A stretch of DNA of 64,000 bases from Phoronis australis (Eukaryota; Animalia; Phoronida), in contig NMRA01000023.1 in the NCBI GenBank assembly GCA_002633005.1, positions 335,656 to 399,655 on the forward strand, in the 5' to 3' direction. Position 1 is the first letter of the stretch, and each line of letters starts with the position of its first letter. This document shows positions 13,014-28,000 of the stretch, piece by piece. A program made the position numbers and the translations under genes. Under the pieces are notes generated by a model. That model saw nothing but the letters and a program-made list of their open reading frames with translations, ran no database searches and was not told where the DNA came from.

Positions 13014-16000
13014 CTAGGACTTTTTTGGTTGCAACATGCTTTCCCTGGAAATGAGAAAGAAAACTGTTAGTTCTCGTGAGAGACAAATTTAGGAGACATC
13101 TACGGTGGCCCGAAAGTATCATCGCTATTTTAGTTGATTAATGTTTTTATTTTTCCTTTTCCACCTAGGATGAAATATTTCAACCTAGGTGGAAATTATT
13201 TTCACCCGGGTGGAAATTATTTCAACCTAGGTGGAAATTATTTCAACTTAGGTGGAAATTATTTTCACCCGGGTGGAAAATATTTCAACCTAGGTGGAAA
13301 TTATTTTCACCCGGGTGGAAATTATTTCAACCTAGGTGGAAATTATTTGCACCCGGGTGGAAATTATTTTCACCTGGGTGAAAATGTTATACATCCTATT
13401 GTCATCTGTGTTGTGATTGGATGAAGTCTTGTAGGTGAAGGTCGATTGGGCCAGCCATTTTGTTCAACAAAGTTCAGATTAGGTTGCAATGTCGGCACCT
13501 TATCTGCCTCTTGGATTTGCCGCGGACTTTAACAGAGACAGTGTGATTACGTATTACTCCTAGTTCCAAAACAACTCTCTGAATAAAGTTGCCGGATTTC
13601 AGCAACGAACCCAAGCCATTAACAAATATAGTGTATGGTGTAGAACGTTGAGAAATTTCCGACAAATAAATGACATATTATTGTTGTTGTCCAAAAGCCT
13701 CGCCCTTCCCGTGCTGACAGGTTTCAAAGACTTAAAGTTACACAACTAGCAACAAAAGGCAAAGATAGTATCATAAATATCCCACAAATGGTAAAAGACG
13801 TATGGTGAATCACATCTTATGGATTCACAAGAGGATACAAATTTTGGTAAACAACTAGCATGATTAATGAATTATACACCAGTCTTAAAAATTACTTAAC
13901 ATTGTTTCTAATTAGAGTATAATTGTCAGCAGTATCAGAAATGTCACTAACCAATAGTGTAATATAACACATCATTAAAATACGTATTTGTGTATGACCA
14001 TTGCAATGACAACCACCTTCAGCAACCAACGTATAACAGTACAAAGTATTCAAGATTAAATTATACTGTAAGGTACAGTCCAGATAGTAAAAAAAATTCC
14101 AAATTAGTAACGTTTTCGGGGGGGGGGGGGGGGTCAAGCGAAATTCCTTGCACAGATTGTCCTGTATATGCCAACACTCTAACACATATGTCTGCAAACA
14201 TGTGGTGGCAGAATGATCTAACCGATTGACATGAATAAACAAAACAAAGAGCATTGTTTTTAGAGTGCTACAAAAGGGTGTGCAGCTATGGCTTGACACA
14301 TGACTTGTTCCTAGCGCAAGTAGATGACGCCACATTAACCAAACGACGTACAAGCATGAAAATAATTTCCACCCGGGTGAAAATAATTTCCACCTAGGTT
14401 GAAATAATTTCCACCCGGGTGAAAATAATTTCCACCTAGGTTGAAATAATTTCCACCCAGGTTGAAATAGTTTCCACCCGGGTGAAAATAGTTTCCACCC
14501 AGGTGAAAATAGTTTCCACCCAGGTGAAAATAGTTTCCAACCAGGTGAAAATAGTTTCCACCTAGGTTGAATTATTTCCACCTAGGTGGAAAATGAAAAA
14601 TGAAAAAATATTTAAACAAAAGTAGCGATGATACTTTCGGGCCACCGTAGACATCCTTTCCAATATTACAATTATGTGACATTCCTCACAATTACAATGG
14701 CCATCAAAAAACATTTAGTTGTGCTGGTCGCTTATCTTTTGGTACCAAAAAGTCTGATGAGACAGGAGTTCACAAAGACTGGTCATTTTAATAAAGTCTT
14801 GCTCCTATACATTGGGGTTGGATCATAAGCTGAGCATGCAGAAATTTTGGTGGTCATTAACCTGACCATAGGCATGACACAGACTGTTAGTACACAAAAT
14901 GGAATGAAACTTCATGTGCTAAGTATTATACATCGTCTAAACACAATGAGGGTTGCTTCAGGGTACTTACAATAGAGCATTTGACTGCTGCAATTCACAA
15001 ATTTTCTCCTCTGTACTAAACATCCAGTCCTTGTACATTTGTTGCCACCTTGTCTCTAGCTACAACAGTAGAAGGGTAACCACATGGAGTCTGTGTGCAG
15101 AACGAAATTAGCCATTTCAACTAATATTTGAAGTCTTGGAAGATTAACATTTAACTAACAGGTTTCTGTTTCATTTGTTTATCAGATGCTAGAGTTACAA
15201 CTATGTCTCGGAATGACATTAAAATACGGATAAAATACCAATAGCAAAGGCATTCTTATAGGTAGAAGGCAAATGTATCATGAAGTATGTTTTCAGAACT
15301 TGTTAATGTTATTTTGTATTCAGACTGGTTTGAGAACACTGGTGTGCCCTTAAAGCACCTCAAATGCATTCACTCAGTCTTGTTTTCCGGCCAGTTAGAT
15401 GAAGGTAAGACACGCTTAAGCAAATAACCCAATTATACAAACACATACGAATGCTTTCTACATTTTTGGATGCATCCGCAAACTACTACATAAATGCAGA
15501 ATTAATTGACAGATCGCATTGACAATTGGTGCACAGTTCTACCCCAGTGGCTCACACAAAGCTCACACAGTTTCACACAAATAGCACTAGTGACATGCCC
15601 ATCAAATACACCTCTCCAGCAACTGTTTGAAGTTTATTCTCGTCAGTTGAGAATTGCCAAATGGCATAGTTGAAGTTCATCCAGTGGACGTTTCAGATAT
15701 TCTTTACCCCTTCCCATTAACCATGAAGTTCAAATCATCTAGGTCAATCTCCAGATCCCACCCTTTTCACCCTGTACTCCTATAAATACCTGTTCATTGA
15801 ACACCTTGTCAGATGTGTTTGCCTCAAACTCTGCCTGTCGCGCTTTCATGTCTTCCTTTGTCTTCTTCATGCTCTCCTCAATCTCTGTCTTTTCCACTAA
15901 CAGTGCTGCATTTGTTCCTTCCAACTCGCGAACTAACTTCTCAAGCTCCGCAATCACCTTGACATGTTTGTCTGTGCACTCCTGCATAGTCAATACAAAA

Positions 16001-19000
16001 AGGGTGCTACTGGCTGTCACTCCATTTCCATGCTATTGAGGTCAAACCAGGGAAACAGGATGTTCTCCGAAAGCAATAAAACTTTTACATACGTGCATCA
16101 ACAAGAACAACGCAATTTTGAAAGGCATCCCTGACTGCAGGGCAAATGGTGTTTCGGCATGTTTATTACTATCATAAGAATGGCTATAAGATGGAGTAGA
16201 ATACACCAAATGCATCCGAAAATGAGAAGGTGTTGCACTGTTGACTCTGTGTAGCACAGAATACGTCAAAATAGAAAGGTGCTGTTGCCTTCACAATAGA
16301 AACTTGTATGTCAAATTTCATGAAAAGCTGTTAAAGGCAAACATAAGATTTAAAATTGCCACTAGGGAGCCAAAAACAGGCAGCCGCAGTCACGTTAATA
16401 GGATAACACTTGAAAAATTTCACAAAGTTCCTGTAAATGATGAAAAATAGAACTGATGCAAAAAGACAAAATCACCAAAAGGGGGCACCAAAGTAGTCAC
16501 ACCATCCAAAAATCAATGTCACTCACAGGCTAGCTTCTAATGAGGAACACCATTGCTAAGTTTGTAAAATGATCCTTTGTGTGGTTTGGCCAATAAAGAG
16601 GCAGATACCAAAACACAGACTCGATAAAAATAAAAAATGGCCACTAGGTGGTGGAAAACTACATTAAATTCACACAAACATGAAACAGCATCAAAACCTT
16701 ATTTTTTGCCAAATTTCAAATTAAGGCAAACTGCGAAAAAATTAAACTGCACAACGGAGCACAGTTAGTAGCTGTAGTGATCTGGAACTCATCGTTATCC
16801 ATTTTTAGCTCCATAGGAACACATCCGCCAAATTTTACACAATGAAACAGTTAATGGGTAACCCCTGCAAGTGACTATTACACAATACAAATCAAAATAA
16901 TATTTTTCATCTCCTAGTCTCAGGAGATGCAAGCTCAAATATCTGATTTTTTAAAAAAATATTAAAGTGATAATTTTTTGCAGTCAGGCTAAAAGGCATT
17001 TATAAATCCCAGGCATACCTTTTTAGTTAAAAGAATAAATATCAATACTATGCATAATAACTTTTTGTGAAAATGTTCTCATTCAGTGAAAGTCAAGGTA
17101 ATCTTTGTAAAAAATATGATTTTTGGAAAAGACACGTTCATGGGATTGCAAACATAATTGCATTAGTTTCATGTGATGTGTTGCTATAAGAAACAGGAAC
17201 TTAAAAACATTACTTTCTCTAAGAAATTACTACATAGGCAAGCTTTCTCTCGAGACCAAAGGAGCCATGCAACATCTGTCTGAGTAATGGTCTTGTACTT
17301 CTTGTATTAGGCAAAATAAACATTTAGGGTGTTAAGTTTCCCCAGCAAAGTTATAACCAAGACAAAAACCCATCCCTATATTAGCTGCTACCCCAGTGAG
17401 GGACTGGGCTGTATATTAGCTGCTACCCCAGTGAGGGACTGGGCTGTATATTACCTGCTACCCCAGTGAGGGACTGGGCTGTATATTAGTTGCTACCCCA
17501 GTGAGGGACTGGGCTGTATATTAGCTGCTACCCCAGTGAGGGACTGGGCTGTATATTAGCTGCTACCCCAATGTGGGACTGGGCTGTATATTGGAAGAGC
17601 TGACACCAGTTGAAGCTGATCTGGACAGAAAATGAAATTGGCCATTTGAATCCTGTGCCAAAATCTAACAAATTTTCACCAGAGAGGCACTACTGCCGAA
17701 ACATACCAAAATCTAAAGGGTGTAACAAATACATGAAAAGTCAAAATAACATAAAACTGCCCATCATCACTGGAAAATGGACATTTGTCTAATTATTTCT
17801 AGCATGCACAATGGGTGTTCAATCATGTCTATGAGAACACTCTCATCGTGTTGAGATTCCTCACCCCATCTGCATGTTCAGTTTGTGAAAACTTGATAGC
17901 ATCCTCCTTGGCCTCTAGTTCGCGTTGCAGTCTTTCCAACTCCAGCTCATCAGCCTCAGCCTCATCACGAGCTTCCTTCTTCTTTCTTTCCGCAGCAGCG
18001 ACATTTTTCTGCAGCAGCTTAAGTTTCTTGGTCTTGTCAACTTGGAAACAACTCAGCGACTGTAAAATGTACACCACTTAGCACACACTCAAACAAATTC
18101 TTCCTAAGTCACATTGAGCAAATGCACTGATGAGGACAGAATCAGGGAATTAAGTGTCGGAGAGCTTCAACTGTAGGACAAGAACATTTTTGTTGCAGGC
18201 ACTTTCAGACGTGCATTCCATGTTAATTGGTCGAATGTGAGGGTTGCTTAGGCCAGTGCAAACTGGTGTATATATAAGCATCTCAGCAGTTTAACCTAGT
18301 GGGATACATGTCCGTTTCCTTTACTCAAGATTGCGGGTTCAAGTCCCACTGGAGCACACTGCTAGACCCTTGAGTCAGGCCTCATAATTCCTATGGGTCT
18401 ACGGTCCAGGGTAGTGTACAAATTTATCTGTGCTGGATGTGGCTCCAGTTATATAGGCGAAACTGTTCGCCATTTGAAAACCAGGACCAAGGAACATCTA
18501 AATTCTGACAGAGGTTCACATGTAAATATTCACCTACAGAGTTCCAATCATTGTTATCAGCAGTGCTCTTTCAATGACTTTGCAATAATAGACCAGGCAG
18601 TAAAAACAAAGGAGCTTAAAATTTGTGAGGCTCTACACATCAGTTGGTGCAAGCCCAATCTCAATAGGCCACTGGCACACCACAGGTTGTCATTGTTGGT
18701 CTAGTTCATTGTCACTCCCTGTAACTGAGAGTATCTGTGCTTCATTACTTGTTGCTGGGCCTAGCTAGGTAGCCACTGCATTCTCTCTTCTGATGATGGT
18801 GTTTGAATAAATGACACCAAAACATGTCAAGTCGACTTAAAACCATTGTTGTTTCCCTTAAGTACATGCTTCTACTGTATACAGTATAGTTTCAAAATAA
18901 AGTAGAAGCATAAAGTTGGGCAAAACTTTGTCAAGAATTATTTCTCATAGAGAGAAAAATAGCATAGCTACCAAACTTAAGTTCGACATTACTGCATTGT

Positions 19001-22000
19001 GATATGATAAAGAGTCAGGTGCAAAAGCAAAATATTTTCACAAATTCAGTCAGAATGAAACACGATATTCATTGAAATGCCATACTAGATATTTTGCAAT
19101 GCTTTTGCATGGCAAAACTGTCAAAAATCAACACTGCAAAACTAATCTACCTCCCCCCAACAACATCACAGCTGACACAAGTCCTACTCACTTTCTTGAG
19201 TGCCATCAGATCAGCTTTGTGTTGTTTCCTTAGTTGGTCTTTCTCAGACTTGAGCCTGGCATCCATGTTCTGAATGGACATCTCTAGCCATGTATTCCTA
19301 CGACCTGTAGGGGGCGGTAGCACGTTCTCACTTGGCAATCTGGGCAGTAAGGTGAACCATGATATAGAATTATAGGACAGAATTAAGGACCAGATGCCGT
19401 GGCAACTTCATGTTCAAGGAACAAAATAACTCACTGAAAAAATTAAATAAAAAATCATTTTCTTAAACAGGCAGACATGTAACATCTATTGTTAGGGCAA
19501 GTGTGACGGCAGTCAGGATTTTTATGACGTCCGTCACCAAAAACCCTTGCCAGACCCACACTCCTCACTGTAGCTACAAACCACCACAATTACGTTAAGC
19601 TCATTTCACTGAATGTCCCATGCTGAAAAGCACCATCCAGTTATGGTACGCACATTTGAGATGAGGAAATGTCCTTAACGCGAGTCTCATTCTTGAACTT
19701 CAGTTCATGTTTGGCTCTCTTCAGACTGGTGTGTCTCGTCTTTAGCGTAGCAACTTGGCGTTCAAGCTGAAAAAACATGGCAGCACTCACATTTATACAT
19801 TCATTGGTTGACTTCAATTCACATCAGGCTGATGTTAAATGTATCATTGCTCAATGATATCACTGGTAAGAAATCATATAAATTTTCAGAATTCACGATA
19901 ATAAAATTATATCAACAGTTACATTAAATATAAATTCTTATCAGTCTCTTACAAGTTCACAAAAAGGTTGCTATGAATTCAGAAACAAAATCTTTTATTA
20001 AGGGCTGTTCCAGCAAAATCTATATGGGATGGGGGAAGGCACTTTTATTTTGTACCCACCACCCATATTTTTCATTTATTTCTCCAACCCATGACCCAAA
20101 ATTTTTTAATTATTTTAATAGGTTATATAAAATACAACACTTGCAAACAAATTGGCTCCAGGATGACCTGTTAAAAAACTTAGATGATTGACAGACAAGA
20201 ACTAGTTGTCTTGTACAATATTGTCAAAAACTAAAGTAGCCTGTGAGCAATACTTTTGGCAGGTGTCTCTCTGTTCACCATGTGTCTAATTTTTTCAATT
20301 ATAAGGATCTATGAATCTCAAACTGTCTCCACGAACTCTTTTATACTTCTGTGTCAAGTGAATATTGGAACTTGTTTATCTTACTCCTCATACTTTTTAT
20401 TTAAAAATCATCAATTTTCTTATATGTGTTAACACCAGTTTAGTGTTGCATAACTTTTCAATTCAATAGGACTGCAGACAAACAGTTGGCTCAAATCAAG
20501 TTGCCCATGACTTGATTAATGGCTTAGTGAACAAATTGCACTCTGTTCACTGGCAATATGGGCTTTGTTGTATTGGGATAAGTTAGGATATGTGCCATTT
20601 GCATTTTTTTGAGTTTTGACGGCTAAAGTAACCAACCTGTCAACATTAAAAGGTCAAAAAGTACAACCCATTCTTAATGCATCACAGGAACGACCACCCA
20701 TAATTTGAGTTTTTTTCTGAAGACCACCACCCATGAACTTTTATTTCTACTGCCATCCCCCCCCACATGAATTTTACTAGAACAGCCCTAAGTAAATTAC
20801 GATCAGTCAAATTGCTTATGTGTGTGTGTGTGCATCTGTGCATGCGCGCATGTGTGAAAGGAATAATGAACAGTTAACCATTAATGTTTGCCTAAACATA
20901 TATTTGCCACAAACATTAAATTATTAGATTATTCAAGCTAACATTTGAAGTTTGGTCTACTCCGAACAAACATCATTCTACATGTTGAAGCATAGTTATC
21001 AGGCACTACAAAAACTGAGACACGAGTCCCATCTAATCACAGCAAAATGACTCCACTCGGAAGGCATCGTCATCTCCTTTACCTGTTTTCCAAATGTCAT
21101 GAAAATCCATCACAGGACTCCAAAGATACAGTGGAAAACAGCCAAGCATGTTCTCAGTAGAAACACACCTGCCAATTTTCATGACGACTCGGTTATGAGC
21201 AGTTTTTCAGATAATAGGTATCAGATGTACGACATAAATGTTAAGATTGTATCAGCATGTGGATTATTGATTTCGTAATCATAATGTCTTCGAGATGCAT
21301 GCCCTTGTGACACGACTCCAGATCATTACAAATCACCAAAGTGACTTGTACAAGAAAAACTGGTGCTTAAATTGGACAAATCAAAGTCAAGTGGTGTGTT
21401 TTTTGGTTACATAAGTGAGAATTCTTGCTGTTAGTGCCTTGGATCTATGGAATGCAACCCTGATAACTGTAAATCACTTACATCTTCAACTTTTTCCGTC
21501 AGCAGCATGAATGTCTTCTGCTCCTCTCGGCGGACGGCAGTGGCAGACGAAAGTCTGGACTGATAGCGTGAATGAAAAAACACCATTCAGTTTAACAGTT
21601 AAAGGAACATTTGGGTGTTGTTTAGCTAATGGGAATGTCTGGACCAGATCACTTTGAGGTTAAAAAAATACCTAATCTAGGATTGAATTGCAAAATGAGC
21701 CAGCATCTTAAGTTACAGGCAATGGATAAATGCACCATTTTCGAATTTACAATTTTAGGGTTGGCCAGCCCAATAAACATCTTGAGTCACTGATGGTTTC
21801 AATATCGTCTATTATTCATAACCTTAATCAACAGTGAACTCTCCTGGCAAGAAATCATGAGGATGATTTCATGAGCTTAAGTGGTTTAATTCATGTTTTG
21901 TTTGTGGCAACTAAACACTGAGGAAATACAATTTTCAATCAGTCAGCATCTAGTTGGTAATTGGGTTATGAATAGGAAGTGAGGATTGTACACAGACGGG

Positions 22001-25000
22001 TTAAGTAGCAATTATAGATACTTGCCAGTGAAACCTACAGAGATCACATATTTCAATTGTAATTTCCCACGAAGACATGTCCGTTTTTGACAAGTTAGCA
22101 AGATACAAGCCTCAATTGCAAATTCACATTTACATTATTTACTTGTACAAGGTAAGAGCTTAGAGAGAACCGGTAACTTTAATGGTTCTTCGTGTATAAG
22201 CATTGTAGCAGCCATTTTGTTCACCACAAGTCAGAGGGTGAATTAGCATGAAAGTATGGATAGATGTATAATACAAACATAAATAACTTCTAACTTTGAA
22301 GAAATGGCCAAGAGTAATACAAAACTTAGGCCAATTTGTGATCAAGTTGTCCAAAAATCAAGCTTAATAAGTTGTTCACAGTAACATCTATTCAGTAATT
22401 TTTCACAAAATACTAAATTTTGTACTTGGCCAGTATCTAAATGTGGCTTTTAAGCTTTGGTTACATATGACATGTGAACGTAAATAATTATATTTTTACA
22501 GGACTGGTTTACTTTGGTTACATATGACATGTGAACGTAAATAATTATATTTTTACAGGACTGGTTTACTTTGGTTTGAGTAGACCAATTCCTGGATCAC
22601 CTGTTTTAGACTGTTTCTGCAACATAATTGTTCAGACAGGAACACTGTCAGAACAATATAGACTTACTAGATAAAATGTTCAAGAGCACTGTCTTGCTGT
22701 TATTGTTTAGAACAAGAAAAAGTCTTCCATGTGGGAGCACTTTTTGGCCATAAGCAACCTGCTTCCAAAAATCATTGATAAAAAGTCATGCCCCTAACGT
22801 GAAAACATCTCATGCGTACTCTTGCATATGTATGACAAAAATGCCTAAAGCAAGTGATAGGCAAGATCTATACACTCGAGTTCTGGGATGTCCCAGACAC
22901 AAAATAATTCATACAGGATTTACCTTTCCAAAAACTGATACAGTCAAATAATGGTGATCATAGTGTTGTGAACAAATAGCCATTTATACGAAAAATTCAC
23001 TTTGTTTAAAGGTCAATGAAGTGATAATCCCGTTCTAGCAAGAGAGGTCCCCGACACGCTAGAACGAGCATGCCGGCCTCATGGGACAAGTTTGACCGCG
23101 CTCTCTTCTGACCAAACTCAGGGAAGAGAGATACTTTATATGTAGCTTTTAGTGATCCTACACACTAAAGTTCACTCAAAATAAATAAACTGAAATGCGT
23201 CAAAAAAGCCATTATAAATAAACCAAACTGGACTCAGTTATGGAAATCTGTTTGCGAATCTTTGTGATCAGGCAAGCAAAAGCAGTGACTCAGAGATGAA
23301 ATTCATGACCAAAGTTACTAAGCTACCAAACTCCTCAATTTCATAGTATGCACACATTTATTATTATCTTGTGTTTTATGCCTTTAAAAATGGACAATTT
23401 CCGAAAGAACTTCTTGGACAAAGTAACTGACGTTTTCACAATGGCACAAAGTGCAAAAGACCAGCAAATTTCACAAGACATGAATTGCCCAATGGTTTGG
23501 CAGCATGGGTGAACTTTCATGGTGATATTTTACATAATGAGAAAAATTTTAGACTCATGTTTCAAGAAAACACTCGTCTTGGTTAGGGGTCTTTATCACT
23601 CGGCATTGTGTCAGTTACCCATTCTTTCAGTTACTAAGCTGCTGTATTGGTCAGACTCTAATATCTTTGTACGTGGTATTATTCTTGACATTTTCAAAGA
23701 CAAGTGTCTATTAATGTGTACTGCAGCACATTGTGGTTTAATCCTAGTTTGCATTTGATGATCCCAACATCCCAGCATTAAAGCTACAAGTTTAAGTCTC
23801 AGCTCAAAATCAAAAGATTGTACTTGAAATCTCCATACTTGAAATCTCCAGAACTGCAACTCAAATCTAGAGGTCATCAAGTTTGAACCAGTACTAGACA
23901 CTCATTTGCATAAACCATAATTAACTTGAGCACAGAATAATACTTATAACCTTGAGTGATGTGCACACTGGGAAATGTAGGTGAATAACTCCAAGTGACT
24001 ATAATTGCAAATATTTCTACCCTAGGCATTGCATTTTGAGAAGTATTAAAGAGAAGCAGAAAATTTTTTCACAAACGATTAATAATTAATGGGAACAAAG
24101 TCATTCCGAATCGAGGCACGATTCTGAATCGGTTTTTGAATGGCATTGTCACTGAGTGGTGACAAGACTGTTTGGTAGGCCAGACATGAATGTCCCGTAC
24201 CTCCAGCAATCAATAGTTGATGAAACAGCCCTACATCTGACAAATGGAGATTTGGGTGCAGTTGTGGTGACTGCCTTGTTTAAATATGTGAACTTTCTTT
24301 TTTTTCAGCGAGATCACGGAATTGATTTTACATGTACTTTCTTGGATTTCGAGTTGTGTTTTCCTTTAGTGACGACAACTAATGAAAAAAAGTCATCAAA
24401 TCATTAGAACACTAATTTTGAACAGCAAACCCTGTCCACTGTTTGGGAGACAACCTTCAGGACCTTACCGAGCTTGAAGAAACAGAACTTCGTGTTGATG
24501 TCTTCCGTTTGCCAGGAGACACGGAGAGGCGGTTATCAGTAGTAGCCGGGACTGCTAACTGTAATATAATAAGCAAGATGATGTTGACCAAGTCTCTCAA
24601 CAAGAAAAAATTACTCTGAAAAAGGCAACGCACTGGCTCTTTAACTTACAGTACCAGCCAAAAAAGAACAGACGAAATGGCCCATATCATTCCACGTCCA
24701 AAACAGCTGAGTGCAAACAGAATTCCGCACAATAATGGTTGCATGACCATCATAGTACGTTTTGTCATGATGGGTCATCCAATGGAAAGATAATAAAATG
24801 TAAAAGCTTCTTGCTCCTCCTATATTTCAATTGTAAACAAACTTCCTAATAAGTTTAAACCGATGTAGCGTGCGATAAACGCAGACTGACATTAGGTCAG
24901 CTGTTGTCGCAAAACTAATTAAATTATTGATGATAGTGCTTGTAAAATGTACTGCTCTCTGAGAACTGCATTTATTCCTGAGTGGTGCTGGCGTGAACCA

Positions 25001-28000
25001 AATAAACATGAATTTGTAAAACTAATGAAAATGTCGGAGCCCATTGCTCAGATTAATCTAATGAAATTTGTATTTCACACCACTGCTCTCAGGGAAAAGC
25101 TGCTCAGCGTTATCCTGTAAATTTTATGTAACATGTAGGCCAAGGCCTTAAATGTTGAAATACATGAATTTGGATGCTGCGAAGTGAAGTAAATTATTGG
25201 CAAAACAGAGCTGCAGCACAAATACAGTAGAAAGAACAACTAGAGGCAACTCACTGGACATGAATACCTTATTACCAACATTGGAATAGCAAAACAGAAT
25301 TTTCTAAATATACTAAACAACAAATGAGATCATCGTATGTTTGCTAAACTGGATAAACTACTCAAAACAGTGAAAGCACCATGCTTTTCACGCCTGATTT
25401 TCAGGAAACTGAGAATACGGACCTGATTCATACGTGAAGTGCAGTTGGAGCTTGGTAACAATTTGAAACGTATCTTGCGCCGATAGAACATAAATTTTGT
25501 AAGTCATTAAAAACAAAAGTCACAAAATGACCATGGTTATTGAAGCAAAACGGGTTACCGATTTAAGAGACATGGCTGTTTAGGGCATCTTTCAGTGGAT
25601 CACACTGGTATAGAAGTTAGTTGAGCATGAGCTAGAAATGCTAAGAAAAATTGTGTACCTCATGAAAAGAATCCTAACCGGTCGAGATTGGGCAACTTGA
25701 TGGGTCTGCGCGCACCTCGGAATCTCAGCTGCCGATTTAGATCACAGACACCATGCTGTTGGCTGCTGATGTTATTGTTCTTTAGATAATGAGACCCATC
25801 GTAAACACACTGAGGGCAACAATAGTTTTTAAAATTGGACAAGAACAAGAGTGACTTTTACAACCAAAAACATATGTTCCTCATTAAATTCTGCTGGGTG
25901 TACAACATAATTGAGCCAATTACCAAACCACCAAGCAGCGGATGGATTTTGAGGTAAGCCAATTTAGTGTTATCGTACAATTCTTGGCGTGTGAGTGATC
26001 CACTAAACCTGGTCTTAAAACAATCCTTTTAATGGGGCAACTTCTGGTTACTGGAACAGGTCACTCAAAGACACAAAATGATGATGTTTCAAACCTAATC
26101 ACACCACGATAAAAGACTTTGCATTTCCAAACATGTCATCCAGGGCACCAGCAAGTAGGAAATGAGTGTCAAAAATTATCAATTTGTCGGGGTGTGCCAA
26201 CCAACTGGGCTGCTTCAAGGTAATGTCAAATAATCCTTCCATTCTCTTTGCTGCTATGCTGAAAGAAATTGCCAGACAAGTTTGTGACAATTAATTTTTT
26301 GTCATTTCTATTTTGGATCATGATAGAGGATGATGTATACCTTAAACACCCAAAACTGAAGTCAACTACCTATATCATTCAATTTGTGACTTTTATTTTC
26401 TGACAAGCGCATCTTCTTAAAATTATGTCCTATCACCAAATGACAAAACTTGTCTGAACTCAAAGGTGTCTGGAATATGTCCATTTGCTCAATTTCTTGA
26501 AAATTTGAAAAACAATGATGGTACACTTGGTGTATTTAGAAGTTTATATAAATTTCTGCTTTTGAAAAATGATGTGTTTTTATTACCTTTTGAGGAGTGA
26601 TTCCTTGAACAGGACCATCATTGTCTGCAGTCCCTCCATCCACCATGACAGACGGTAGTTTTATATTCCGTGGAGTCCTTTTCTATTCATTAGATAACAG
26701 AAAGAATGAAAATAGTAGTATTTCAAAAGATAAACACTCAAGCAATCAACAAAGTATCATGGCAAAATGTCAAATTCAGACAATAACAATTTATTGTAAT
26801 GCCCAAACTGATCTCACAATTCCCAAAGTCTTCTCTAAGCTTGTCGTGACTCACAACCATTATAAGGACATAATTTAGAACTGATAGAGCATTTATTTGA
26901 TGGTACTTTTCCTTCAATTGTGAAAAACAATGAAAAATTAAAACCTCGTATGCTCTCCATACCACTTTTAAACAGGTGAAATATCGCCATATGGTCACAA
27001 GTAAAAATTGAGCAGATTACCAGCTTGAGCTTGAAACTTTACCCAATAGTTTAGAAAAGAAGCCTTGCTGGAAATAAACCCTCAATGCCAAGACTGTAAA
27101 GTGAATGTCTCTAATACACATACCATGTTTTCAGAATTCATGAATTTTCCAAGACATAAAAATCTTATTTCATATTTTAGTCTGTTTCGCCCACATAACT
27201 GATGTTTCAGGTCAAACATTTACTAAATGAATGGAAATGAAACAAGTGGCAATATTGTTGAGTTATCGTAGTAATTACATATTCAAACCCTCAATATATT
27301 TTAATGTTAAAGAACTTAAATCAGATAGGGACCTCAGTCTTCCATGATAATGCCAAATAATGTTCTCAATCAACTTATGGGAATGGTGCCTGTGCCTTCT
27401 TACTGGGGAGTTTTTCCAGTGACTGGAAATTCCTGAGAGTTTGCATGTGGTGAAAGTGATTCTAAACTGCAGGAGAATTCTCAATAAGTCAAAGAAAAAT
27501 TTTCAGGCCTGGTGATGGGAATTTCCAATGTTTAAAAATCTTTCTGTGAGGGGAATAAAACTGATATTCAGCACCACAAAATCAAAGCATCAAGGACCCT
27601 GCCAAATTTTGATTCATACCATTGCCAAATGTGAAATTGCTCAAGGGAAGAACTTACAGTTTGAGAATAGACTCTAAATATACAAGCTGACAGGGCGTGT
27701 CATTTCATTTGCGAAGCGAAGGCTCTTGAAAACAATAACGATCTGTCAGTTCTTTGCAAGATCAAAAATTACTTGTCACTTGAAGTACAGAACAAGCAGA
27801 GACCAATTTTACAACGGTAAATAAATAATCTAATCAAATGTTAGTTTCTTCAACAAAACTCTGACTTGATTTCTACCATTTTAACAAGACCATGTCTCTG
27901 TTTTTTTAGAGTAAAGAGGTAAAGAGCATTTTGCAAGCCAGAAAAATTGGCAGTAGAACAGGGCTTTGAAACTGTTATCCTTTGCAAGATGTATTTGCAA

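Noticed and set aside
13134-14581. Repetitive ORFs (GGNYFNL)n and (PGWKLFS)n
   Set aside because: They are translations of the transposon's 21-bp subterminal arrays.
17377-17592. 35-bp hairpin repeats resembling a CRISPR array
   Set aside because: No unique spacers, no cas genes, and a eukaryotic intron context.
24201-24378. Apparent minus-strand exon with two in-frame TGA codons (selenocysteine or readthrough?)
   Set aside because: No frame is open throughout, the flanking exons splice in frame without it, and I saw no SECIS.
25660-25790. Possible extra exon of the coiled-coil gene
   Set aside because: The only open frame has a donor phase incompatible with the next exon.
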